DNA of 64,000 nucleotides from Klebsormidium nitens (Eukaryota; Plantae; Klebsormidiophyceae), in NCBI GenBank assembly GCA_000708835.1, contig DF237436.1, forward strand, positions 4,935 to 68,934. Direction: 5' to 3'. How positions within the stretch are numbered: the first letter of the stretch is position 1; every line of letters begins with the position of its first letter. A program made the position numbers and the translations under genes. The notes beneath the pieces were generated by a model. It had not been told where the DNA came from. It did no database searches and was given only the letters and a program-made list of their open reading frames with translations. This document shows positions 24,621-38,787 of the stretch, in pieces.

Positions 24621-27600
24621 GCCGACTCCAAATTTGAAAAGGGGAATGTCTCTAGTACGTCAGAGCAGACTTGCGTTTTAAATCCCGCTTGCGGGCTTTG
24701 GAATCTATCAGCAAGCGACTGTGAGCTGTGTGGTCACCGTCCCCGTCCATCGAGGTATTAAAAAAGACAAACAAGAACCGGCTGAAACAGCAGAAACGGC
24801 TGAGCATTGGAAAGTGTAGATGGAAGCCCACATTCAAGAAAGACAACGCAAAAACGGCTGACGAGAAGTTGAAAAAGTTGACTAAGCGCGCGCACCGTCG
24901 GCCCAGATGGTGAGCATGAAGAAGTAGGGAATGACGGCGGCTGTGAAGAAGAGCACGGACAGGTTGGACGCCGCCGCGAGGCCATTGCGCGTGCCGAACG
25001 TCCAGACGTAGACCATCAGCAGCTGAGCCTTGGGCGCCAGCACGTTGAGCACGAACAGAACTAGCATGGCGGGTTTCAGGAACGGCGTGCGCCCGAAGCA
25101 GGAGCCCAGGACGGTGATGAGCTGGTACGTGATGGCCATGAAGAGCGCGTCGCCCAGCCACGTGCCCAACCAGAAGGGGAAGCTGCGCAAGCCCGCCACG
25201 CGCAGCAGGGGGCGCAGCCCGATCTCGCGCTCCGAGACGACCTGCGGGAGGGGGGGAGTGTCAGGCTGAGCGCGAACTTAAAGAATGAGGCCGGGTAGAG
25301 TGAGTCACTGCCGTGCATGTCTAGCTTCGGACTGCATGCCACGATGCCAGACAATGGTTGAATAGGGGGGGCGAATAGAGGCGTCCTGAGATGTTGTTTG
25401 CTGTGTACTGAAAGAATGGGCGAGTCTATAATTGGCGAGTCTCTGATTGGGCTTGAGCAGAAACACCGCAGTCGCCTTTGCGCTGACCATTGGAAGTAGC
25501 TTCTCGCACTGGCTCTTGTTGGAGATACAGACTCCTCTAAGATGTGAAGCGCGAAAGCGGGACGAACGCGTCGGCTCTGATTGGGCTCGCATTTTGAAGG
25601 CAAGGCAACGTGACCGACTAACTTACCAGAACGACCTACACGAAGAGCTTCATCGTAGACTCTGTAAACGGGACAAGGCGTCGCTTCTAGACAACGAGTC
25701 TCCGAGAATTCTCAAAGCTCAGAGCAAGGCCTGGATATCGCAGTTTCATGGACACGACGAGTTCCCGAGTATTCCCAGATCTTAGAGCAAGGCAATATAT
25801 TTCGCAGATTTATTTGAACATAAGTGTCGGCAACTACAAATCCGTTCCCTCACCTGCCCCCCTAGCTGCGGCGGGATCATGAGCGTGCTAAGGCACACGA
25901 ACGCCCCAACGAAGTAGCCAAAGACGTACTCCGCATCCAGGTACGGCAACGCTTTGGACCACACCGAGAGCGTGGTCACCGCGCCGCTGACCAGATCGTT
26001 CATCGTTTCCAGAATCGCCGCGTCGAGCATGGAAGCCAGCGTCGGCAGCTGGTGCATCTGCCACGGTTGATAGAGTACCGTGTACTGGGCGGAACAACCG
26101 GGCAGGTCCAGGGCGTCGAACGAGACGGCAACGAAGTCGGAGGGATCCCCCGAGGCGGCCGAGGAGAGCGCGGCCGCGAGGGCGGCGGAGTCGTACTGCT
26201 GGATGTTGGGGCCGAACTTGCGCAAGACGGTCGTGACCTGAGGAGCAGCGGTTCGAACAGTCAGATGGTCAAATGTGCCCTGCGCCGATTTTCGTTGTCA
26301 CCACACTGCTTTCTGAGGTCTGCTTCGATCAAGCAACAGCCAAGTGCACCAGTTGATTGCATACACCGTCTCACATGCGAGAAGTTCTTGGGGGGCTAAC
26401 GACGAGGGAAAAATCAAAGAAGGACTCTCGTTTAGCTTTGCAACTTCCGTAGTGAGACGCAAAAAGCCGCATGTCACAGAGTACCTCAGATTCTCTCCGG
26501 ACAGTCGCTGCACTAAACAGAAGGCTCTAGTGTGCTGGTTTTCAAACATAAAAGATGGATTGAACCCGCTTTGCGAAATGTGTGAAATTTTCGGTACGAA
26601 AAGCTTTGGTGGCACCACAAGATACATGTAGGTACACAAGTTCATTGCACATGCTACTGCCTGATAGCCATCCACGCAACCTTGAGGAGCTTCATCGTGC
26701 AAGACCGACCGCGAAATTGGTCCATACGAGGATGCAGAGACAGGTGTCCGCCTCCTGCTGACCTGAGACACGTTCTGTGCGCCATCTGGGGGTGAAAAGT
26801 AGATCGGGACGTCGTTGCCGTAAGCAGGGTTCACCAGGTGGACCGGGTCTTCCGCCGTGTCCTTGTACGCGACTTGTACCAGAATGGCCACCAGCGTGAA
26901 GATCTGGCACAGAAATCGGAGAAAGTCTGTTGGAACCACGCTCGCTGCCTTCAGGTTTTGGGTCTCTCGTCGAAGTTTCTTTGGAATGGCATTCCGATTG
27001 CAGGATGCTGGGGCAAAAGATGGCAACTTTTGCTCTCCAGCATTTGGCCAGCCGTGATGACATCCCAGGATTGGCTGGAGCGCTGCATCAAAACGCCAGA
27101 AAAGCCAGCGGGAACGTAATTACTGCGGTATTTTCTGCGTAAGCGCCTGTTCACCTTCACTCACAGGCATCCCAGCGACCATAACATGTTTGCGGTGATT
27201 AGTAGCTCACGAATGAGATCCTTCATCAGTACTGAAACAATATCGGGGTCACCACCAGCACCTTTGACCTATCTGCAGCATGCTGCATAAAGTCGCAGCC
27301 ACTCACGAGCGCCATGCCGAGCGTGTTGAACAGCAGCCCGGGACTCCGCCGGTACGTCTTAACCCGCATCTTAACCACCGCCACAAACTGCTGCCGGAAC
27401 GTGGCGCGCTTCCCTGCAGCGTCGGCGTCAAACCCGAGGTCGATCCGGTCGTCTGCACCGGAAGTTCCGTCCTCTTCGGCGGAATGGTGCAGCAGACTCT
27501 CATGCGTGGTGTCGTCATCGTCGGGCGGCGCACGGTGCGCGGCGGACTCGAGGAGGGGCGGCAGGGCGGCCGCTTCCTCCTCAGCTTCTCCTGGAGAGGT

Positions 27601-30600
27601 GGATTAAACAAGAGGGGCTAAACTGCATGTTCATAGGGCTGAAGACTTGAGCACTTCCTTTGTGCTTTGCAGGAACAGAGCTTGCTGATAGCAACATCGC
27701 GTTTGAGATCGACGAGGGGTTGTAGTTTGGAGCACGTGCACTGTTCTTCAGACGCAGAGGTCTGCCATCCCGCGGTGCTCCTTGCCCGAAGGAGAACTCA
27801 AGCAGAGTCACCCCAGACCAGCACGAGGAGTCAACTGCAATAGTAAAACGGGTATTCACCGACCTTCAACGACCAAAACCGGAACGAAGAATACAACTCT
27901 ATTGGCCGAATCGCTGTCTGTCAGCAATTGCCGTACCTGCAAATTGCATGAAGATCTCCTCGAGCGTGGTGGACTCGAGCGCGCCCCCCGCCACGCCCAC
28001 TTGTTCCGCCCGCTCCGTCAGTTCCATCATCATAGAAGCAACTTCCGAGGACCTTCCGAGGGGTAATCGGTAAGTGGCGTGGTCCCCCCTGGTTCCGGGG
28101 ACGGGGATGGCCTCGGGAAGGGACGACTGGATCAGACCCAGAACGGAGGGGGCGTCGAACCTGTCGGTCTTTGTTACGTGGAGTAGATAAGAAAGACCTG
28201 CAGAAACAGGGGGAGTATTGTACCACACTGTGGCCAATGGAAGAGAGTGCCTGCGCATTGATTGCATTGAATCGGGGGGTGTCGGGTGCAGGGTGATAGA
28301 TTCCTGATTCCAGACTAAAGAGCGAGTCAATCTAACGAATACTTGTGGTTTCTGCTGAAGAAAACCAATGAGGCTGTGTAAGATGACCCAGCCTGCAGAA
28401 GCATCGAAAAGCAAGGCCGGACATGCCGACGGAGAAGGCGCAGCGATTTTGTACGAGGGGAAGCGAACCGGAAAGCCCAGACTATTCACGGTCTTGCAAC
28501 TTCGAGCGCACCGCCACCTTGCCGACCTTTTTCTTGATCGAGAGGCTCAGGGGGTTCAACGCTGTTGACGAGGAATCCAGGAAGAGCAAGCTTTAGTTGG
28601 AGCCCGAAAGATGGGGCCTCGCAAGCTTGTGCCCCCGTTCCCACCCAGGGCACAGTGCGGGGCTCACCAAACTTGTTTTTGAGGAAGAGGCTGGAGCCGC
28701 AGCACTTGACGACGCCATGCGAGAGGATGGCCTTGCGGTCCGCCAGCACGTCCGCCTCCTCCATGCTGTCCGTAGTCACCACCACGCACTGCCCGCCCGC
28801 GCGACGCCGCAGGAGCGCCTCCCACACCTAGTCACGCACGATTATCGTCTTCATTTCGTGGAAACATCTTATTTTGCTTGCTTCTCTCTGCTAAGCCAGT
28901 TTGATGGAGAATAGACAACGTCCTCCTCTCACCAATTTCAGTGACATCAAACAACGTTCAATACCAGCACTGACCGCCCGCTCATTGCCGCAGGAGCGCC
29001 TTTCACATCTGTGATGGCGCGGACAAAACACGTCCCGAAGCTTGCCTCGAGGTGCTGTCACGAGGCTCTGTGTCTCTGCCCCCAAATTAACCATCTGTCT
29101 GCACTTTCAACATGACTCTTTTGTATGGATGTCGTATATCCAGAGTTGCGGCCAGAAGCGACCTCTTAAACTAAGTCCGTGAGACAGGTGCAATGCAAGC
29201 TAAGACATCAATAGGAGATACATTGGGAGCTGTGCGTTATGTGCGCTCGACTGGCAACCAGCAGGATGAATCTCAGGCACGCCTGATTTTGGGACGGCAT
29301 CAGCAAGTCCAGGTGTTCAAGGGCCCTTCAAAGGGCCCCGAAGGCCACTCATTCTCTTATTCCAACTCAATGAACAGAGCAGCCAAGTCAGGATACTAGC
29401 ATCAGAGATGATACTGTATCTGTCCGGCACAAAGTCAGGACAGCCGTAGGGATCGAATCGACGCCTGCACAAGGATGCAAGTCTGCATCCTATTTATGCA
29501 GTGAAACACAACAAAACTCAGTGATAATAGCAACGCGGAGACCCATGAAAACGCCCCTTGATTAAATGATTTGCAAATAAGAACTTTCGTGCATACCTGG
29601 CTTCTTGAAATCGCGTCCAAGCCCCTCGTCGGCTCATCCAGCACGACCACGTGCGGGTCTCCTACCAGCGCCAATGCGACCGTCAGCTTCCGACGCGCAC
29701 TCTCGTCCAGTGTACGGGCCAAGTCGTCGCCGTTTGCAGCCATGCCTAGTTCGGCCAAAAGCGACTGAACGGTCTGGTCCACGTTGGGCGCGGGCGCGGT
29801 CGTACCGTCGGGGCCGGGAGCAGTGTGCGAGAGAGACGAGTTTTCGCCCTTGATGGTCGCGACGTAGACGAGCTGTTCGGCGGCGGTGAGGAAGCCCGAG
29901 TGGATGTTGCTTTGCGGGCACACGCCCAGGAGCGAGCCGCTGTGAAGGGCGGGGCCTGCAGAAAAAAGCCGGTAACGTCAGCATGGGGAAGAAGGGACAC
30001 TGAACAACTTGAACAAGAAGGTGTTGTGGGGGATGTTAGCATGGCAATTGCTGTTTGCCTGTGGCGTGTCAGAATAAAGGGCGAAGAGGAAGCATAGCAT
30101 ATCTGCAAATGCCGAGCAACTCGTATTTGTGTACTGCCGTTTCTCTCCATCGCTTCTTTGTGCCCCAGAAATGGTCCCTCTGGCAAGACAAAGCGGTTTG
30201 CAGATTGCAGCGGAACATAGTGCTGGAGAGTTTCTCAAACTTTGGTAACATGCTCAGACTCAACCATTGCTCGTCGACAAATTGGTCTGGGACAGAAGGC
30301 GGCAGACAGGAGGCACGACAAACGGGGCACGAGAAGCCAAGCAGATGTGCACACGGACAGCACGACCACCTTGAATGTCTATGATCCAGAAGGAGGAGCA
30401 AGCGCCAAAGCAATCTAATAAGCACCGGCACGCAGGGCACGTCAATCTCACCCGCTTGCGATACCCTGTGGCTGTACACATACGCCTCCCCCGACGTGGG
30501 TCGCACCAGCCCCATCAGCATGCCCGCCACTGAGCTCTTTCCGCTTCCGGTGTGACCCAGGAACGCAAAGAGCTGCCCCTCGTACAGGCTCATCGTCAGG

Positions 30601-33600
30601 CCCTTGACCGCGACCGTCGGTTTGCTCGTTCGCTTTGCGCTGTCCCGTTGCCGATGGTATCCCCCGCCCCGCCCCCGCCCGAACGGCCACCATGACGTCA
30701 GCAGAGCGACCGAGCGGCCGATGAGGCCGTGCCGGCGAGGTGGGTATACTTTCCGGAGATTGGAGAAGACGATCGCAACCTTGCCGGCGAGAGAGGGTTC
30801 GACGGGCTCTTCGTCGGGGTTGTCCTCTCGGATCGCGATTTGGAGGTCGGACCCTGGGGAGAACGCAAGGGGCGCTTCTCAGAATCTTGCGATGAGCCTT
30901 CAGGTTCAGGGCGAGCTCTTTCTCTTGGTCGTGGTAAAACAGTTGACCTATACACTCAGTGTTTTGGGAGGAGGGGCGGTTTCGCTTGCCAAGGACAGTT
31001 CGGCGTGGACTAGAGTAGACTCCGCCGTCACTCCTCGAGCACAGCACATTCCGGAAGCATGCGCCGGCTGCCATGTTCATGGGGGCTCGACGTACTCATA
31101 TGAATCCCCAATCCGGGCCGGCAAACATGACCAGCCTAAGGACCTTGTCTTAGAGCAAGGTTTGCACAGCGCTCTCTTCCCAACTGCTGATCGTTTGTCC
31201 GAACTTCTCGGTCCGTTCAAACCCTGACATAAGAACAGAGTTTTAGGCGTCTCACGGGTTGCATCGTCCTCCCCGTCGTCCCCGTCTAGTTGCTCCAGCT
31301 CCACGACCCCCCCTTCCGTGTTGCGCCGGCTGCCCAGCCTCTGGTAGCCCTCCGGGGGGGGAGACCAGTAGGCTCGATCCAGCACGAAGCTCCAGGGCCG
31401 CTTGGCTCCCCGCCCCGGGTGTGGCCACACATTGTCCAGGTACCTGGTTGTGGGTCAACGTAAATCCTTTCATAGGACGGAGGCAGTTGGGGTCTGTCTG
31501 ATGACGCGTTCTCGCTTTCTTGATGTTTCCCAAAATCTCGTTGCTGAAAATCGTCGGAAATGCTTTGATGGGTGGGAATTGCTCGTTTTCTTTCGTTTGT
31601 ACTACATTCCCAAATCTAGGGAACAAGGAACCATGCATCTGAGAACTCTCGACCCCATGTGCTGCAGGCTAGCAATAACATGTCGACGTTCATCCCTGAA
31701 CCATTTCGAAGAGCGAGATTCCGGAAAAACGGGCGGATCTTTCGTGCAACTCGACTGCCATCAGCCCTCCACGACAAAAGGCGCCGTGACTAGCAAAGAA
31801 CAAGCTGTACGCATCTTGGGAGCATGCAGAGGGAAACAAGCAGTCTCCAGCCTGCCGCTCACCAGGCCAGAAGCAAGTACAGAATCGTGTCCGTCACGAT
31901 GAGGCAGAGCGCCCCGCCCACGCTGAGTGGGTGCATCGGATCGCCCGGGTCGTTCCCCACCGTTCGCGAGAAGAGGAATCCCCCGTGAATGCCGTCCCCG
32001 CTGCCCTCCGCGATCACAGTGGTGTCAATGGCCAGCACGAAAGCGACCGGGGAGAAAAGGGCCAGGATGCCGCAGACGCCGGACGGCAGGTTGAAGAGGT
32101 CAATCGGGAAGATAGCCAGGCTGCCGAGCACCATGAGCAAAAAGCCGGCCGCGGAGGCGGAGCGAGCCTGGGGGGAGCGCAAGAGCGACAAACTTGGTTT
32201 CTGTTACCCTTACATGTTGATTGTGCTTCACAGACTGCTTTGTCTCGACTTTCGTGACAAATGAACACTTCGGAGCGGTTGCTTCGAAAAGCGACAGAGA
32301 TGGAGAAAGTCAGTCGTTTTGACATGCGCTTACAAGAAGGCAGGAACAAATGTCCGTCGAGACGGCAAGCAAACAGATCGTGACCAAGCGACTTTTCCCC
32401 CAACGCCGCATTCAAAATGAGAACTTTCTAAGACAGCCGCGCAGCTCACCTTGGTAAAGACCGCGCTGAGGGCGAGGCCGAGGGCGACCAAGGAGAGCAG
32501 GAAGAGATACACCAGCAGGAACATGAGCGCTACGCTGGAGGCCTCGAATAGGGCGGTCGCCCATGCAATGGCCACCTTGCAGGCGGTAGAAACAGGCGGT
32601 TGGATATACGGACCGAAAATGGTCGAGAAAGCCGTCCTAAACAGAGAGATCCAAAGGTCGAGACAGCCTGAACCGCAGGCTGCCCGGGCGGAGAAGGGGG
32701 TCAAGCAGATGTAGTGCCACGTCTTACTACTCACGTCGATGCAGCAATTGGTAGTCGAGACTGAAATCAGAGGAAGATGAGAATACTTGACGAACTGCAG
32801 AAGCAAAGGAAGCACTCGAAACAAATGGCAGAGATGGCAAGCCTTCTGCAATGTCAGGGTGGCAGCTTCTCGCTCACCACAACCGCTGTGGTGATGGCAG
32901 CTGTGACTGCGAACGTGAGCAGCCAGGCTAGCCAGTAGACGGACTCGATGAGGCCCATTTGCAGCAGGCAATCCTGGGCAGACAACATGCACGGAACCGA
33001 TGAGATCCACCTTGGTGAGGTAACATGGCTGTGGAGGCTGGATGACTCCCTGTGAGAATTGATGCTGAAGTCAAGACTGCTTGGTGAGTTCGCTTCTCGA
33101 GTCGACGGCCTGCCAGGTCAGAACGCTAACCCTGACACAGTCAACAATTGTCGTAGTCAATCCCTTCAAACGTAATGCACGTTGCCTCCGAGAGAATGCT
33201 GAATGACTGCCGCTTCTAACCTAGTTCGACTTGTCTTTCCGAAGGCTGCTTATTACTTGGTCGAGCAGTGACAATCTGACTTTGGCTGCAGCTTGCAGGT
33301 TCCTCATGTCAGCCGATGGCTGCTGTGCCCCACCTTGATGAGTGCGTCCTTTTCGTGGACGATTTCGCTGGCGACACTCTGGAGGACGGGAGCAAGGGCC
33401 CACACCATGTACATGGCGGCAAACAAACGGAACCGGACCTGGAAGACCATCGAGGAGAATGGTCAGCCTCTGGCCGAGGCCGTGTACCTACCGTTGGATT
33501 CCAGCGTTCTTAGGTATCACACGGTCAAGCTGCGGCACGTGGCATGATCTGAACTCGACGAACATTATCGCCCTGGCATAAACTGAACTCGACAGCATCC

Positions 33601-36171
33601 TTCGCTAGACCCGCTGGATAGGGAGGAAGCACAATAAGAGAGCCAGAGAGCTTTTTGGGATCAAACGGCCATGACATCTGACGCATGCGAGGCGGGCAGC
33701 TAGCTGCGACATGGAGAGCTTTGCAATGTCCCGTTCACGTGCCCTACCTCCAAACCTTGATTTGCGTCAATTTCGAAGGTCGGATCGGTCCCCTGATGCA
33801 GATAGTCAGAACAGAGGCAGAGTGCGGAAACTCACAGATGCGAACCCCTTGTCATAGGGCGGCAGCGGCCTTTGTTGTGCGTGCATGTGTCCCAAGCCCG
33901 CTCCCGCTGCCCCACACGACTCGGGCAGCTCGGCGGCCGCAAGAGCGTGGGCCACAGCCCCTTCCAGAGCTAGCAGACCTGTCACACGGAAGGCCTGATG
34001 AACTTTCAGGGGCTCTGGAAACCTTCGAAGCTTTCAGGGATACATCTTTCGTCCAGATTATCAACTCAATAGAGAGCTCCGTCTAGACGGAGCTGGAGGG
34101 TCAATTCAGCGATCGAAGAGAATGAACGTTCCAAGCAGCTTCGAGTCGCTAGTTGTCTATTGATCCTTCACATAAAGTTTACGAAGGCTTTACCAGGAAC
34201 GGGGAATTTCAGAAGAGGCTTCTCTGAAGGCCGGCAATCTCTTGAACCCGTCTATCCTGACACTTTTGAATGGTGATGCAATTTAATATGAGCGAATCCA
34301 AGGCCAACGAAGCATCAGACATGCTGCGACAAAGCATCACAGAGATTGGTGGGGTCTCACCTGACGTCAGATACTTTTGTGTGGGGCACGCGGTGGGGAA
34401 CTGATAGCTGCCTGCATCTGGTGCACGGCATGAGGACTTGTCTACCGGTGAGTCGTTGTCATTTGAAGAAGGAAGGTAGGAGCCGTTGATCCTGATTGTG
34501 TACTCAATGTCTGATGGCAGTGCGGTAGCCTGCTCAGGTATGTTGAAGACCAGGCCGGCATAGACCGTCTGCATAGGAAGCCCAAAAACATAAGGGCAAT
34601 GGGTATTGTGGTTGGTGGCTGCATTGGATACCTGCCTGGAAGTCTAAACTTTGGAAACCCCAACAGGTTGACTTCCCCCTTAATCTGGGCTGAGTCAGGC
34701 TTATGATCTGTCACCCAAGTCTGTCTTGCGTCTATTGCAATTTGCGGGCCGCTCTTATGATTGAGAGTCTGATCTACAGCCAAAGGTCTCATAGTACAAG
34801 GATCGAAACAAAGTCTTTGCAGTGCTTAGATTGAAAAGCGCCCTTACCCCAGCATTCTGGTTATATGCTGTGACGAGCTCGGCTTCCGTCGCATACCCTC
34901 TAACGGTCAGCGTCGGAAGGCCGGGATAGGTGGCTTCCAGAAAGTTTGCGGCACCCTGGACGACGGTCTGAATCGCCGCCCCCGGAGGAACAAAGCCGAG
35001 CTGCATCATGCAACACAATTTTCTCGCTCTTCAGTTGCTACCACGATGAGTATGTAACAAGTCTAATGATGCATAAGACCCTGGCCGCTAGGCGACACTC
35101 TTGCGCTGGGAATGTTAGAAGAGTACACCATACAGACTTCCATCATTTAACAGCAGATGACCATTAAAGTGTCGGTCAACTGTCAACCAGGACCTTTGAA
35201 GACTTTGAAGTTTTTGGTTCAACTTCTGTTGGAATGGAGACCTGGCATGAGTCAGAATTGGCTACTGCCACCTACCACTGTCTCTTCATAGGAGCGGTCA
35301 GCCAGCTCCCAGCATGCACTGCCACTCCCGTCCAGATTGTTGCACACAGCGTCAGTGATTGGCTGGCTGGGGAGCGCGGGCAAATTTAGCACTGGCTGCA
35401 CCACCTTCATGAACACCAGCAGCAGCAATATGTACATCTGCGCAGAAAGTAAGCTTATTTCATCATAGCCAGGCAGCTCCCAATCCATCTATTCCAACCC
35501 AGACTTGGACTCGATGTTGGCCCGGGGACACTCCCCAGAGATCAGCATCAACCCAAGAACTTGTCGAAATGATCAGTGCCAGCAAGGTGGATGAACTTCC
35601 GAGGATAAGGGGCATTGATGAGAATGACTAGATGGGGGAAAGCGTTCCCCTCTGCCATTCAGAAAAGTATAGCTTAACAGTAGGCAAATGGTGAAGGCAG
35701 TGGATTGTAGTTCCATCTTAACAATGGCACCCCCAGCTCGTCACCATGACAGCTGGCCGATGTCACATGCCACAAACTCTGCATTTGCCAGAACCACATT
35801 GGCTCCTGGGGAAGGACATTAAAGGAAGAAGTAGACATGACTCATGCCTGAAGTGTTCTTGCAGAATTGCCAAACACTCAGGACCAGGGATGCAGATGAT
35901 GCAACAAAAGCGGGCTGGTGGAAGAAAGTAGTCAGTGAGCACAGGTTAGGAGACGCTTCAAGTGGTGAAGTCTCATGCAGAATGAACCTCAATTGGGGCA
36001 AACAAAAGCAACCAAATGAGGCAGTGCCCTGGCTACTTTATCGGTGTTGCACGGATTAGTACCACTCACGGGCAGAAAGATTTCCTGCAACGTCCTCCCC
36101 CCATCACGCGTCTTGATCCTCCAATTGCGGAGCAGCGTGGCCTGCATTTGGACATGCCATGGAGCAGCCAT
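20258..36171 (-). CDS. ABCA: Full-size ABC transporter subfamily A (TMD-NBD-TMD-NBD), both NBDs degenerate
   Basis: About 24 exons. Starts MAAPWHVQMQATLLRNWRIKTRDGGRTLQEIFLP (typical ABCA N-terminus), then IVHEKDALIK and YLDNVWP. NBD1: GHTGSGKS, LGVCPQ, VVVLDEPT. NBD2: GPAAAGKST, VGFCPQ, LLLDEPT, LRCLGSPQSIKKKYG. C-terminal YSVSQPTLQQAF. Stop TAG at 20260-20258. Confidence 0.93.
24584..24619. repeat. (CT)18 microsatellite in an ABCA intron
   Basis: Direct read. Confidence 0.95.
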
Positions 36172-36406
36172 TGTGGTCGCAGGTTGCGGCTCCACGTATC
36201 CTTTCACCTCAAAAGAAAAGTGGTCATTGGCATTGGCATGAGCGCATCAAGAGGCAAGAACGTGAGTGCTGCTCGACTTCTTGAATCAGAATTGCATTGC
36301 ATGAGCACTGCATGATGATGACAGAACTTCAGGAAGAACTCGAAGCACGGCCTCTAAAGAGTCTAGTACCGTGGCAGCTGTCAGCTAGCGCGCCGCGCGC
36401 GCGTCT

Positions 36407-36413
36407 CTTTATA
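36407..36413 (-). promoter_or_regulatory. Putative TATA box of ABCA, flanked by CG-rich tracts
   Basis: TATAAAG on the minus strand about 240 nt upstream of the ATG at 36171, with GCGCGC-rich blocks on both sides. Confidence 0.55.
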
Positions 36414-38787
36414 TGGTGCAGTGGGCGCCGCGCGCCGCGCCATCGGCCGCGCCGGCTTGGGCGCACCGCGGCCGGAGTCCACCGTGCACGCGGCCGCCAC
36501 TGTCCACAGGCTCCTAGCTCTTGCGACACTGAGTGACGAACTTGGGCATACAGCACGACTGAAAAGTGATGCTTTCCAGTGGTTTGCATGTTTCGGCTGG
36601 CTTCTTGCGTTGCTAGACTGAGTCACGGTGCAAATGTGAATGCGAACTAGACGTATGTGTCAACAATTTTCCGTTCTTCTGTTTGTCGGGAAGGCAGTCG
36701 TGCAGAAATATGATGCAGATAATGACCGGGGCTTGGAGATTCACAGTTGGAGACACCGAACTTGGAAATGTGGCCCGAGCTAGTATGCCACTGCACAATG
36801 TCCAATGAATGTTGGGTTACACGGATGTCCACATCGTAACATTCTCGCGGTTGCTTTGTTAAAAACGGTTGCTCTGCCGGGGGTCTTTCATGCCTTACAT
36901 CACGCACATCATTGTCATGTTCACGCAAAGCGGCCCTTTGGGCAAAGGACTCAAGGCATCCCCAATTCATTGTCGGAATGATCCCTAAATCTGCTCCGGC
37001 CTACGAACTGACCGCTACAATTGTTGAAGGAAGCATGTAGGTATCAAGTTAGGTCCTTCGGTTGGCTTGTTGATGAATCCCTGGTTTGAGTGTGGTTTGA
37101 GTCTGGTCAGTAGTACATCGCCATAGCAATTTCCAACGTGGCCACGAGTTCCAGCAGCTGCGAAACGATTGCGTTTGAAGGACACTGCATGGTCCCTGTC
37201 ACAACCCTGCAGGAGAGGGGATTACTTCAGAAGAGCTTACATTCACCAACGGACAAGTCACAAAAGGCAGTTGCTGATCCTCTGCAAGACATGCCCATGC
37301 TCGATCCAACACTGACATCCGAGAAGGACCTCTATCGCTCTTTATTTAGACAGCCCAGCCATTTCTAACAAAGGCAAGTGTAGGCCCCCTTCTGTTGCGC
37401 CCCGGAATCAGCAATTGACAGAATTCGCAACTACGCAAGCTCGCTATGTAAGTTGTACTACACTATGTTCCATAGCAGGAAGCGTGCAGCTTGAGGTGTG
37501 CGCCTGTCCACAAAGGCTTGGTTGAGGCTTGCCAAAGTCGCACCTCGAAAGAAGCGGCACAAACCCCCTTCCATTATCTCAGACACATCTTGACGGGTTC
37601 CCCACCCTTCGGAGGCCTGTTGAATACTGTTGAATTGTCTTCGTGCTAAAGCGCCATGCAGCTCCGTTGCAGGCGAGGCAGATGGGCCGGGGTCTGACTG
37701 CCGATGTTTATCAGCTGCAAGCCGGCAGTGGAACCATGATATGGCGATCTGGACGCATCCACAACTCCGAAACTAACCGGTTGATAGCACACTCAAGACG
37801 CTGCAGAGCGAATGGAAGGACAAAACTTGGGACGAGGTCAGTCGACTGCACGCTTCACTCACGAAGTCAGCGAGAAACTCCTGTCATCTATGCTTCGGTA
37901 ATGTACACATCAAAGCTCGTCCCAGAAAGCCTGACAATCTGAAAGAAACCTCGTGCAGATGGATTATCGCTAGATGAACCCAGAAAGAGTAACTTTGGTA
38001 TACAGCAATATCCAGCGACTTGGTATTACGCGCTGCTGCCTGATCATATGAGATCAGGGAGAGCTTCTCAAACAAGCCAAGTCAACAGCAGTCGTCAAAC
38101 CCAATCTCCGCTGGACGTATCTTTCCATGCTCCACCCGGAAAGTGTGCTGCAGTATGAGCCACCGGCACGTTTCGTATGCTTCTGAGTTCGTGAGAAAAT
38201 ATCCGTTAAAAAAAAAGCTGTGATTAGGGAGTCAGCTTGGACAAAGAATTTGAAACTGTTTAAACACTAGACGAACGTAGTTTCAACCCATCGGGCAAAG
38301 GCTGGAAGTGGCACCTGGTGAAATCTATTTGGACCCGCCAAGCACAGGATCTGCCATAATCCTCGAAAGACGTTCTGCCAGAACGACGTACTTCCATAAT
38401 CCTCGCAGATAGCGCGAAGGCATTTGAGATCAAGGGAAAGAAGAAAGATAACGTGCAAAAGCCTGATCATTTGCAATTTATTAGTGCCAGAGAAGATTCA
38501 ATCGACCCCTTGTTTGACGCGTGGTTTGCTAGTGTATTGGCTGGGCTGAGAATGAACTCTGGTTTGATATTTCGAGCAAGAAAGAGTCACTTCGAAACCG
38601 CTTTCCGATTTTTGAAATCGACAAATCCGGCAGCATTGAAAGAGGACCAGCACGCAAGAGGTTTACCTTGATCAAAGGTTCGAGCACGTTAGCTGTTGTA
38701 CAGGAAATGCAGTCTGGATGGAGTCGTTCTGTTTGGCGTGGCTGGAAGGGCCGGCTGAATGCTCAGAGGACGACGACCCTCTGTGCT

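Noticed and set aside
30604-31227. Long plus-strand ORFs antisense to ABCA exons (also 56381-57085, 8115-8543 and others)
   Set aside because: Mostly shadow ORFs from GC-rich codon usage on the opposite strand; no independent splice or homology support
36196-36204. GTATCCTTT U12-type donor consensus (also GTATCCTT at 61313)
   Set aside because: One is antisense to the ABCA leader and the other is mid-intron near an acceptor; neither fits an exon boundary
36640-38700. Short ORFs between the ABCA promoter and the MED19 3' end
   Set aside because: No consistent exon chain or recognisable domain; left unannotated
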